In this document: piece after piece, positions 37,695 through 50,095 of the stretch
How positions within the stretch are numbered: the first letter of the stretch is position 1
Layout of the letters: every line of letters begins with the position of its first letter
Assembly: GCA_973895155.1 (NCBI GenBank)
Contig: OZ316893.1
Coordinates: 23,520,015-23,584,014, forward strand
From: Marsupella aquatica
Lineage: Eukaryota; Plantae; Marchantiophyta
Direction: 5' to 3'
Length of the DNA: 64,000 bases
Notes under the pieces: model-generated
Database searches by the model: none
What the model saw: the letters and a program-made list of their open reading frames with translations, nothing else
Told to the model about the DNA's origin: nothing
Program-made: the position numbers and the translations under genes

Positions 37695-40142
37695 ATGCCG
37701 CAACGGGCGTTTGAGTTTTGCCGAGTGTGCCGACAGAACCACAATCAAGGGAGAGGGCATCGATATTCCACGAGACATAAGCAATGTCTTAAGCTCTTAC
37801 AAGGCAAGATGCTCAAGAGAATTCAAGAGATTCGTCACTTTGTCAAGAATGTAGTACCGGTAACGGACGGAGCCCAGGCCCAGGACCGCAACAAGTTCTG
37901 GTGCCATTTTTGTGAGCAGGAGATCATAGAGAAGGATTCTTCATTTATAAGGTAAACTAGTTCCCTTATCACAAGCAAAGCAATGACAGGTCTACTGTGG
38001 AGTGGACTTTTAGTTTCTGTACTGTAACCTAATCGTCCGAGCCTTAGTCTGTTTTTTCCCTGCTGTTTCGGGGTGTCTTGCGTTAATTTGTTCTACATTG
38101 CCATCTTACAACTGGCAGGTCAAATGGACCATCTGTCACGTCTTATCCTCCCTTGTTTTTCCTATTTGGGGTTTGGTTTGAAATAGATAGCGCAGATGCA
38201 AGACTACTGACTACAAAGTAAAGACGGGAATTTGCATAAGAAGTGTTGCACTTCAACGGTTGGACTTTATGAGCAGATGTCCTGATATTGTAATGACCAG
38301 TGCGCAGGCAATCAAGCATCTCGCTAGCCTCAACCATGTAGAGAACGTCAATACCTTCTGGGTAGAGAATGGAGGGGACTTTGACAAACAACGTTTGTAC
38401 GTCATCGAAGCAAGTGATCTAGCGAGTGTACGTTGTCCAGAACATCTGTACAAGCATATGTTACAGTGCTCCCATGAGGCATAGATAAAGGTGTGATTTC
38501 TAGAGTAGCGTAGCCAAGATATAATTGATCATATCTTAATGTTGTGAAAGGCATTTCCAAGTGACTATTGTCTGATATGATTCGATATTTGTATTTTTGA
38601 CAGAATTCGGATTTGATACTCGGAGTCGCTAAGTAGAGATTACGTCTCTCCTCACGAGGGGCATCTCGGGATTTTTCGTTCATGTGATGTAATATTGCCT
38701 ATGCTGTTGTGTTGCATTGCAGTGGGAGGACGCTTGTAAGGTGAAGCCGGCTTCAGTAAGAGTGGATCGCCCGACTTCAAGCAATGTGAATGATATAATC
38801 CAACCCAAGGAGGGTCACACGATGACCCCAGGCAATGGAGGAGCCCTTCAGGCATGTCTTTTAGGTAAGTCGTCAATTGCAAACAACTTAGTTACGGCCG
38901 TTGATACAAACAATCAGGTTTTGGCAAGGAATCTCTATGGCGTTGTCTGTTACAGGCTGTTTCGCACACAATTGGGAGCAATCGGTGGAAGTAGGTGCAG
39001 AAATTTGTCCATTCAATTAAAACAGCACAGAAACGTGGATGTCAAGTGGCACTATGGTGGGTGGCAGTTTTTAAGAGAACAGTATCAGACTTTACCTGAT
39101 CCCCAATTCATGTTGTCATTCTGTATGAAAGGCTTCACACACCCTGAGGGTGGTCAAGAACAAGGAATCAGTCCATATTGTCCGAAAACAGTTTCTAATG
39201 TTTGCTAGATATCTGTATCATGATGATGGAAAGCAGTTTTTTTCTGATCCTTTTGGCATTTTATATTTCGATTGAAATTGACTCATTTATATCTTGTTAC
39301 GAGAATAACAATAACATTTCACAACAACCCGAGATTCGCGCTTGCTAGGGATCTCAACACTAAAGTCTTTCCTACCCACCCAACAATTATAGCAGTTTTT
39401 AAGGTTAAAGTGTCTTGAAACAGTGCAAAAGGTACGAGTGTGTCAGATGTGCTCTATCAGTGCATTTCCCACGGCTTGAATGGGTTGATAGATCTGTGGT
39501 GTGAATGGTCAATTTCAAGGAGCTTAGTTTCCTGGATCACTCTATCTTGCATGTTTTGGCAAGTTGTCCGTGCTTGATATGTTTCATTCAAGAAAAACGC
39601 AGATCATTTGGTCAGTGTGTCTATGTGCTTGTGAATTGGTAAGCCAAGTGTAATATCTCTTTGTCTCCAATGCAGGCTTGTCTTATGTCCAAGTTCCTTC
39701 TGCTGAGGCTGGGGAGGGTAATGTGCACTCAGGTGCAGCTCCACCATGGTTGAAACGAAACTTCGGGGAAGGAGGTGCATCCAGCCCCGTCTTACCTCTG
39801 TCTAGGTACCAGCAAGCAAAGTTATCAAAGATTCGAAATCCGAATCGTGTTGGAGCTGCTTGGGCGGAAAGGAGGATAGCGGAGCTAGAGAGAGAAAAAA
39901 GAGGAGAAGTGGTGGCCACACAAGGGGAAGACATTTCAATGTGGTTCCCCAATTTCGGAAGAGTTTGGCAAAGTGGACCTCGGCGAGATACAAGGAAGGA
40001 GTTCGAGGCCGAGAAGCGTGCAGAATTGAAAGAAAGCCGAAGGGGAGGGAGGGGTCGGGCCGAAAAGAAAGCTAGATCTGGAAGTTTTGAATTTAAACCC
40101 TACATCAGCAGGAAACAGCAGAAAGGAGGAGAGCAGAGCTAG
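37695..40142 (+). CDS. TTL: TITAN-LIKE protein (CCDC84/CENATAC family, zinc-finger minor-spliceosome factor), ~330 aa
   Basis: Exons 37695-37951, 38301-38427, 38723-38864, 39676-40142; phases close and total 993 nt, with a possible extra 39-nt exon 38956-38994. Motifs: FEFCRVCRQNHNQGRGHRY, FWCHFCE, AIKHLAS, GNVHSGAAPPWL, NPNRVGAAWAERR, WFPNFGRVWQSG, KPYISRK. Confidence 0.93.
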
Positions 40143-42634
40143 AGGGAGATATCGACACTTTGGATAGGAATGCATACCTGACATTTGGCCTTGACGACGT
40201 TCAGTGACTAACAAGACAGTGTGAAGTCTAGATCAATTCGAGGTATTCACAGTGCAGACTCATAGATAGGCATTGAACTCAGCCACTTGGCAGGTAGTCA
40301 GTATGGTCGTTGCCACTTGATTAGCGTAAATGCATGCACGAGCTGCAGTTCCAAACAGGAGCATGTCAACACAATTATGTCGGATCTGTTTTAGAACTCA
40401 ACATAAATTTTTAGAGTCCTGAGATGATATTCTCAGAAATCAATCAGACTTGCATATCCGGTAGCTACACAGTTGTAAACTGCTGTTGCATGGCCTTGCC
40501 AGGATGTTCCAAATGAGATGACCAAAGAATTGTTTGTGAAGTTTACACGGAATGCTACCGTGTACAGCATTGTGAACCCTTTTATTAGACAATAAGGACG
40601 AGGAACTAGAGGTATAGTTTCTCAGACAAACATCTTTATGCAATCTGATGTGTACTCTGTCTTGTTATTGCACCACTTTAGCAGTAGGCGCTTTCTAGAA
40701 GAACATGAATTTAGCATGATGCCTTCCAGGTATAGTCCCACTTGCCACCCTGGCCTGGTGGTTCATAGAAGCATTCTGTCAAGAATAATTTAAGGGGGAC
40801 TTTAGAAGAATTTGTGGGCAACTTTTCCTTTCGGCCCCACATGCTAGCTGTGTGTATATTAGTAATCATGATGCACTTTGCTATGGAGACACTAGGCACT
40901 AGTACAGTTGACAAGCAGATGGAGGACAGGGGCTTCCTGTTTTAAAGGTAAACTCCAGACCAAACATCTTTTTTGAGACTAAGATTCCAATACAGGCAAA
41001 TTCCTTGAATGAAGGAGCCATGTTTGGAAATGTTTTGACCACCTATTGTCATACAATCCACAACATTTTTTACAATCCACAACATTTTCTTGGGTCCACT
41101 GCTTGTCATGTAGGATTGATTGACACCATACCTAAATGGACTCCAATGTCTTGTAAAGCCTACACATTACACAGTCCAGTTTTAATCCTGGGAGTTAAAG
41201 AAAAAGAAACCCTAAACACTAGTATAGTTTGTGGAGTAGGCATAATACCTTAGAGAGTTCCAGTGTGGAACTCATTCTACACAGTGAGGCCTTCGATGAA
41301 AGACCTAGAGAGGAGATATGCCTTAGAGTTCTGTGGAGGAGGCTATGGTGGACCATGTATGATTTGATCCTTAATGATTTCCTCGAAAGCAGTGGACCTA
41401 GCCCATCCGGGTGAACCACTTAAATGTTGTGTAATCTCATGGTGAATGTGCATGAGTTGTTGATGTGCGAATTGTATGGATCTTGGCTGACATTTTTGCC
41501 CCAATCATAAACTATTTTGAAGTATATTGTCATTAAGGATATTTGAATTTAGAACATTATCATTGTATTTATAAATATGTCATGGTTTTTAATTGTCCCA
41601 GTTGATTGGTGAACTTGTCATCCCTATTAGAACATCTTTAATGACAAAATAATTAAAAATTAAATTATTTTATGTTCTTATTAGTTATGACTCACTTAGG
41701 GCCTTTTTTGACAAGCCCTAATGCCCCCAACGTCCTATAAAGCCCAGAAAGGACCGAGAGAGGACCGAGAGAGGGTTCCACGAACCCGAAACTGAAAGCC
41801 GGTGGCCAGGCCCTGGAACCCGGCCATTGCCGGTTCCCGGTCGTCCTCACGCAGCGCCAAGGCGCCACGGGCCACCGGCCTCCATTTGCCATTGTTGGCA
41901 TCCGGTAGCCGGAAGCGCACGGGGATCTTCGTCCTCGTCCCTTTCCTTCTTCGCGAAGGGCAGAGCATCCTCTGGTTCTTGAGTCGAGGGCGGGCAGAGT
42001 AATAACTGGCAGAGGCAGAGGAGTAGTGTGGAGCAGAGAGGGCCTCATCAGATCTGTCGAAAACCTCGAGACGAATCAATGGGCCTGCTCACGACGCCTC
42101 TGCCATCCGAGGAAACGCATCGGGACGGAGACGGTCGTGCCACACTTCATTCGCGGATCCAGGCCGAGTTTTGTGGCGGTGTTTATGGCTATTGGTCGGC
42201 ACATTCTCCGTTCGTCGGGTTGTGGTTTTGATGCAAGAGGAGAAGACGAGGCGGAGGAGTTGGTTGCATGTCTGTGTTGGGGGGGGGGGGGGGCGGGGCA
42301 AATTTGATGTGATTTGACGCGGAGGAGGGGGTGCAGTCCGAGACCTTCGACTCAAACTCTTTTCAAACTCATCAGTTGGTTTGGGAGGGTTTTTTCTGGA
42401 GCGACGAGAGCGCATTCAGCAATGAGGGACAGAGTTTCTTTCTACCGCGTTGGTGTCGAGAGTAATTAGCCTACGTCGAAAGGCTTTGGCTCGCTGGCTG
42501 GCTGGAGTGTGCCGTGTCGGATAATAAGTTTGGCTTATGTTGTACGACGTGTGGCTGGAATTGAACTACTTCGAGAGAAAAGCTGTATAGCTTTCTCTTC
42601 TCGAAGTTAGGCAAGGCGCCAATAATAAGCATAC

Positions 42635-45008
42635 ATGGCAGGCCTAGCGCTGGCCGTGGATCTGCTCCAGGCGAGCACCACAACAGCTTCGAAGTCGCTG
42701 CATTCGTTTTCGTCACTCAGTGCCTTGTCCGCGGCCTTGTCTGCTTCTGTAGGAATCACATTTCTGCCATCATATCCTGCGTTTTCTCCCCAGTTTGAAC
42801 CATGGTAAATTTTCCAGTACCTGTCTTGATCGTGCCCTGTGTGTGGTCTTTTTCTGTCTGTGCGTTTGTTTTGCTCGTTTAGTCGGTCGAAACCAATTTT
42901 GTACGCATCTTGTAATGTCCTGCACGATCTGGTGTCCACATCTTTTCTGGTGTGTTTTTGAATTGAGATGGACGATGCATGGGAAGATCACGAAAGTGTG
43001 CCTCGATTGCTCACTCTGAGTCTTCTTTCCTGCCCCCCTCCCTATCCCGCTCTCTTTTCATTTCGCAATGAACAAATGTATCTGACGAACGCATCACCTT
43101 TCGGTTTTGCACTTTTTAGACACATGACGGAGACGTTGTACTGGTCTTTGAGAAGCATCTGCAAATTTTACACTAGTGTGTCGAGTATGAGCAATCGAAG
43201 GCGTTCCTTGCAACATACCACCACGGACATAGGATGCCAGGGCGTCACACCTTTTTCCCTATTAAGATGGGATCTGCTTTCACTGCTTTGGATCAGTTGA
43301 TGGCCTTCCCCGTTTTCTGCAAAATTGCCCAGTATGATAGCCGCTGTGGACCAATACATGCAGTTGTATTTAAGCAACACAATGCTGAGAGCTTGAAAAC
43401 CGTGTAGGGATTGGGCAGGGGCGTGTGCAGTCTGCGATGCGGGCGAAGAGTTACGAGACCCATGGGCGCAGCCAGAGTCACGATGGTTACCTCAATTGGA
43501 TCTGAAGGAGAAGGGTGAACCAGTCCCCAAGGCTTACACCGTGGAATTGAAGCCTTTGTTTTCTGCCTTCAGACCCAGAAATCTCGCGGCAACAACACTT
43601 AGGGCCTGCCTGGTAAACTTCCTACCACTCTTGGAGAATTACATCCAACCAGAAGAAGATGATCTCGAAGATGATGCTGACCGGCCGGCGAAGGTGCCTG
43701 TGGATGCCGTCGTGCCTCTCAAACGCTCTGCAACGCATATTTTGCGAGAGGTGAAAATATTCGTTTGTCCCAGAGCTATGCCAAGTTTTGAATTATGAGG
43801 AGGTGGACTTCTCTTACAACTCTTTCCACTTTCGGTTTCCCATTCCTGCCTTGCTTTGAAGTCAAATGCCAATTACGTTAGATGTTGGTGTCATCGCATT
43901 GTTAGGTCTGCCGGGATTGATAGGATGAAGATTTTGATTACAGGTTGCAGTGATCACTACAAGGAGGGTACTGGAGAGGGCAGTAGTGATGTATGCTTCT
44001 CCTCGTATTGCGTGGAAGCTGTTGAAAGGTTTGTAATTCGACGTAAGCCGGTCATTGGGTTTTATCTTAAAGGAAGCATGAATTTTCTCTCGTTGAGGAC
44101 ACATACTAAGGAGCTCATGCTGATAGAAATAGCTTTTCCCGTTTTGTCCATTCCCGCTTCATTGTTACCTATGCGACTAATGTAAAGTTTTGAGGGCTTA
44201 TCTGGTCTTCAGACGATCATTTCTCATATTGATTGTCTGGGATCCCAATTGCATCAGTGCTCATTCGAAATGCCTGAAAGTGTTCTAACATCAGTCTTAA
44301 CTTTATTTGTGGAATCATCAGATGTTCCTAAGTCTGCAGTTCGCAAGTCTGCAAGGATACCATCAAAATGGCGCCTCCTTTTGGCGGTCCAGATGACTGC
44401 TTTTAGAGGTTGGTTAATTTCTGCCCTTTCACAGAAGAGAAGCTTGTGTGTCTCCCACGAGGTTTCTGTCAATGAGGAATTTACCTGGCAGTTTCTTTCC
44501 CCAAGTCTTAAAAATTATACTGATTGTTTCGCAGGGCATGCTCTGGGAGTGATAGCCAATTGGGTTGTGCAACTGATTTTGGACATTTATAGATATTTAC
44601 GCGCTTCTGTGCCCAAAAGAAAACCGGAAGGAAAGAAGAAAGGTGCTCAAGAGGCACAAGATCTTAACAAAGACTTCAATAGGCTTTTGCGGAAAACAGC
44701 CGGAAACACCCTGAAGGGTGGTGCATCTCTTGTATTAGCATCCATTGGAGCTGGCGTCGGCACCGTTCTCATTAAACCGTCCATTGGAACCTGGATTGGT
44801 AAGCTGACATTCTCCACAATTTTCTATATCCAGTAATCACAGCGGAATTGTTGCTCGTTCATCTTATGCAGCTCAGTACTCTAAACCGTCACTTGCTAAA
44901 TGTGCAGGCTGTGCGGCGGGAGATCTTGCTGGACCGTATATAATTGGAGTGTGGCTTGATGCATGGATTTTCTATGGAGCATTCCCCCCACCAAGCCAGG
45001 ATCCGTAA
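42635..45008 (+). CDS. Conserved uncharacterised plant protein, 6 exons, 349 aa
   Basis: Exons 42635-42804, 43408-43750, 43944-44028, 44322-44408, 44535-44798, 44908-45008; phases close and total 1050 nt. Conserved blocks: YTVELKPLFSAF, TTRRVLER, AWKLLKDVPKSAVRK, RGHALGVIANWVVQ, GASLVLASIGAG, GTWIGCAAGDLAGP. Confidence 0.9.
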
Positions 45009-45985
45009 GGCACATCTAGAGTTCACGACAGCCCTAGGTGCAGTTCTCCTAAACTGCTGCTGTAGCACCTGCGCAATATTGGAAGTTGAGTCCTGTTCAC
45101 AGAGTAAGAGAAGGCAGATGTCCATGTGATTTGGCATTTGCATTTTCTGGTTTTTAGACTTCATCCGTACGTCTGCTTTTGACTAGCTCGCTTGTCCGTT
45201 GACAATTTTGCTGTACTGGAAATTGAGCTTCGTCGGTACACCAGAGGGTGCTTAAAGTTGTGCACATTGATAGGAACCTTGGGATGATCTGAGAAGAGCT
45301 GGTGTTTACACTACACATCTGTTTACACAACAGTGGACTAGACATTCAGTTCATGGAGCTGCCATTTCGATGTGGTCCCACTGTTTTTGCAACGACAGTG
45401 ATTAAGTGGAGATACATCTTGCACCTGTCTACAGACTACATCATTGGTGTCTGCAATCGATTCAACCCTGGGCTCTTCGTTTCACTTGGTGTCGTTGTGT
45501 TCTATGAGCTTTTAAATTGTGTGTTTCTGAGTGTTAAACCCTTGCGCTGCCATACTTCCGCCATCACATGTTGAGGTTGAAGTTCTCATCCCGTGGTGCC
45601 TCTGCCTTAATGTAATCTTTTGATAAGTCCAAACTTGTAATGTTTTGTCCAAAGAACGATGCATCTGGGACACCCCAGGCACTCAGCTCTCCAACTAGTT
45701 GTGCTGGAGCTAATGAAGTAGTAACAAATTTTCTGGCTAGGTTGGGATCGCTTGGGATATCATCGCCTGGAGAAACTCTTAAATGCTAGAGTCGCTGTGT
45801 TAGGAAAATAAGGCTTGGGAACGACAAACAGAAAAGGCTGGTTGATTCTAAACAATGCGGTCCACTCGTGTTGATCTTGACTGCATTTGTCTACAGTCCA
45901 GGGCAATGGTACTCTAGCTGCAAGTAATTGGGAAAGTCCATAGGGCAATTTATCGTGTGAGAGGAAGATTGTTGCACAGAGGAGG

Positions 45986-46421
45986 CGCGGGGGTTTGAGC
46001 TGATGTTTGACTACGAGAATTGATTATCTGAGTCCAACGACTATATAGCATTGTATGGAATCTTGTGACGAGGTTTCCTCATGCTCCTAAAGCTCGCGGG
46101 GGTTTGAGCTGATGTTTGACTACGAGAATTGATTATCTGAGTCCAACGACTATATAGCATTGTATGGAATCTTGTGACGAGGTTTCCTCATGCTCCTAAA
46201 GCTCGCGGGGGTTTGAGCTGATGTTTGACTACGAGAATTGATTATCTGAGTCCAACGACTATATAGCATTGTATGGAATCTTGTGACGAGGTTTCCTCAT
46301 GCTCCTAAAGCTCGCGGGGGTTTGAGCTGATGTTTGACTACGAGAATTGATTATCTGAGACCAACGACTATATAGCATTGTATGGAATCTTGTGACGAGG
46401 TTTCCTCATGCTCCTAAAGCT
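45986..46421. repeat. Tandem repeat, 109 bp x4, near-identical
   Basis: Units start at 45986, 46095, 46204 and 46313. I saw a single t>a difference, at 46360. Confidence 0.97.
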
Positions 46422-46820
46422 TTGAATAATAAGTACTGTGTGGAATATTTCTTACAAAAGTAGATTACAGACTGCTCTTCTCAAGCTAAGGAAGATGTCT
46501 AACTCGAGGTGATCCAAACGAAGTCCGTTAATATGCTTCTTCCACACATAGGTGGTAGGATGATTGTACTCAAAATCAAGTCAAAAGGCTTGATCTGTGT
46601 TTCAGTAGAGTTTTCGTAAATGGACACTTAGGGGGTGAGTTCAAGGGGTGAAAAGCAGGTTTATCAATTATACAGGGTGAGTTGGCTTTTGGCAACGGTA
46701 CTCAAATACATGAGAGTAAAATACAGGGTGAAAAAGGGGAAACGATCTTTGGGGGTGGCGAGCCTACGTCACCTGTAACTTTCGTGTGGGCAGCAACACA
46801 AGGTCTTGGAGAGGGAGAGT

Positions 46821-47190
46821 AGCAACATCAATTACATCTTAGATTTGGCAGACACCAAGACGAAGCAACAAGAACAATATTTGGCAGAGCAATTGAAATT
46901 TTTAGTGACTGTGCATTAATTTCCAATGACTTGAAATTTACAAACAGAAAAATTCCATATATTACTAGATAAGACCAATTTCTTTTAATATTATGGAGGG
47001 TTTTGTGTAGCAACGTCAAGATTTAAGATTTGGCAGACACCAAGATGAAGCAACAAGAACAATATTTGGCAGAGCAATCCAAATTTTTAGTTACTGTGCA
47101 TTAATTTCCAATGACTTGAAATTTACAAACAGAAAAATTCCATATGTTTCTAGATAAGACCATTTTGTTTTTAATATTATAGAGGTTTTA
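46821..47190. repeat. Tandem duplication, ~185 bp x2
   Basis: agatttggcagacaccaaga...ttttaatattat at 46841 and 47026. Confidence 0.92.
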
Positions 47191-48475
47191 GTAAATGCGC
47201 CCATGAAGAGATGGGCCACTCACCTCGTAGAGACTAGTCACCGTGAAAGTACAGCATGACAATTTTTTTTTGTCAAAACTCAAAGTGAATTACTGTAGCT
47301 CACTGATTTCTAGGGCAACACGTCTCTCCCCTCACATTTCCACGGTGTGAGCATTTCTGACATTTGTATGCACAGTCCAGGGTGATCCTCTGTTGCACTC
47401 GCGCTTTGCTTTATGTTGGTTCTCCTTTATTCTCCTAAATATAAATCCCTACCTTTAAGTGTATCAAGGTCCTGTACATATGGGATAAAACATCCCATGT
47501 ATTTTTACTAAATTATTAAAAAAATTACTCTTAGACCTTTAAGTGTATTAAGTTACTCTAACCAGAGATTTATGGACAACTAGCTCAATATCTCTCCATT
47601 GTGAATATGTCATTGTGCAAATGATGTAGTTTGAGAAAAAGATGTCTTTGGGTAAAAGATCACACAAATGAGTTGTTGCCAAAAATGGTCATTTGTGTAA
47701 AAGATGTTGTTTGCAAAAAAATAAAATGTTATTGTGCAAAAGATATCAATGCATAGAAGGCATCACTTATGGGAAAGATGGTACACAAAAACAATTTGTG
47801 TAACAGATTTCATTTGTAAGAAAGATGATCTCACACAATACATATCTTTGCGGACAAGATGTTCCTGGATGCTCGCCCCATCCATGCACAAAAGTTATTA
47901 CTATAATTTGATTTTGTTTTATTTTAATCCTTTTTTTTAGTTGTCTATTAGTAGTTTATATATATTTTAATATTCTTATTAGTTACTAATAACTTTCCCC
48001 CACACTCTTATGTATCTGAAGACGGTGGGTCAGAACCCTCTCTTCCTGCTCATTGATGGGACAGGGAGGATCCTCCTTGGTTCTAGTGCCTTTTGCCTAG
48101 TTTCCCCATTTTCCAGTGCCAGTTTGCACACCCCTCCTCTTTTCCGGATTTTCTTTGCCTCCTTTTTTGCTTCCGTTTTTCCTTGGCATGGAAAAACACT
48201 ATCAATTTGTAAGACTACCAAGGTGGGAGGTGCCTTAGTATAGTTTCTAATAATAACCCCTCAAAACTCGAGCTGAAGCTTGTCCTTTTCAAGGGCATCA
48301 TCTGAGTTAAATTCCCTGCAAACAGGAGGTTCTTCTATACACCATAAGGGGTAAGAAAGAGCTAATTTTTAAGGGCATTATATGCAGCAATGTCCAGTAT
48401 CTAGTTTACCATATATAACAAAATAAAAAATTGTATCAAAGATCATAAGATTTGCTATTCAATTCTTTCATGTTG

Positions 48476-48851
48476 TTGGTCAATTGCATAGCATTCAATT
48501 CTTGGATGGTCCTTGAACTCTACTTTTCAATTTAATAGCTTCTGTTTTTCTTGTCTGTTATCTAAACACCAATCAATTTTTTTACTTATGTTAGTGTCCT
48601 AGTTACTTGCACTACCGTATTGCGTCACCATACTGCATTTTGGGGGGCATTATATCTTGTAATTTTTGGTCAATTGCATAGCATTCACTTCTTGCATGGT
48701 CCTTTAACTCTAATTTTCAATTTCATAGCTTCTGTCTTTCTTGTCTGTTATCTAAAAACCATTCAGTTTTTTACTAATGGTAATGTCCTAGTTACTTGCC
48801 CTACTGTGTGGCCTACCATACTGCATTTTGGGGGGCATCATATCTTGTAAT
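48476..48851. repeat. Tandem duplication, ~190 bp x2
   Basis: ttggtcaattgcatagcattca...ggggcat.atatcttgtaat at 48476 and 48666. Confidence 0.92.
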
Positions 48852-50095
48852 GCCTTCTAAACAAGGACATTATACTACTCATCTATACCCCCCATCAGGG
48901 CTGACCAAGATAAGTAGACTTACTACTTAGGGTGGCTTTACAAGAACTTGGGGACAGTAATTCCTTTTTTTTTCTAAGTGAGTGATACAATCCTAGCCAT
49001 TCATATGTGGGAACTAGCCACACTTTACATGAACTTGGGGGCACAATCAAGCAAAAGCATTACCTAACCTAGTCATGTGTCACTGGGCCCCTTGTCTGTC
49101 TCCTTTGTTTGCTGATGTGTGCAAGCTTTTTGTCAAAAACTTAGACCTCCTCTTGAAGTGGTCTAAAAACCTGGAGCAAACGGCAGCTTACTTTCAGGAA
49201 TTGAATTGCATTGATTACTTCCAAACGTGACACATTTTGGGTGACACATTTTGGCCGAGGCATTTTAACTTTTTTGTAAGTAAATGGCCATATCAGCTTT
49301 GCTTTGGACGAAGGAGAGACACTGAAGGGCCCCACCGACTTGTAAAGCCCCCCTTATATACCTTTGCAACGTGGGAGTCGAAGAGTGAGCTTGGCGATTC
49401 ATATGCCATCGATTTCCTTCGAATTTTAGAGAGACCTACGGCCGAGTGATTGGCACTGTTTCAGACAGAATACTTCCTGGATCTTCAGTTCAAACAGAGT
49501 TTCTGAAAGAGCAGAGCTGCTCCTTATTCAGGTCCAGAAGAACATAGTCACGAGCACAGGAGATCGACGGAATTGGTGCTGTGTTTTGTCGAGGCCGATG
49601 AACAAGCTCTCCATACGCACGCAGAAGGTTGGACTCCTGTCTCTACTCTGATCCTCTGTTGGTTCTCGTCTTGTCTGATCGGGCCATCACTTTGGTTCAC
49701 AAGGGAAGAAGCTACTTCTGTCATGAGCGGGCTGCATTTAATTGCGTTGGTGACTTGGTCGTTGTTATTCGCTCATGTCGATTTTTTTATTCATTTCTGT
49801 GCTTTGAACTAACCATGGAGGACAATTCGGCAACCTAATATTGACTTGCGTATTCCGGAACTCAGATATCGTCTCGTTCTCGGGAGCCTGAAAATGCTCG
49901 GACGATGAGCTCGCAGTCGATTGAACTTGTGCTACCTGGATGCACTTCAGCTTCGGAATTTGGCTTTGAATCCGAAGAATTTTCCGGGCGAGTATGGGAG
50001 GAGAGGTTTAGGTCTTCTGAGGCGATGACGTTGCACTAGCCTCTGAGAGAGTTCAGAGCAGACGAGGGAGGCCGTCTGGTTTGACCAGACGGTGG

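Noticed and set aside
45986-46421. 109-bp repeats as a CRISPR array or tandem C/D snoRNA cluster (GTGACGA...CTGA)
   Set aside because: There are no unique spacers and the context is eukaryotic. The C box is imperfect, with no terminal stem or recognisable rRNA guide.
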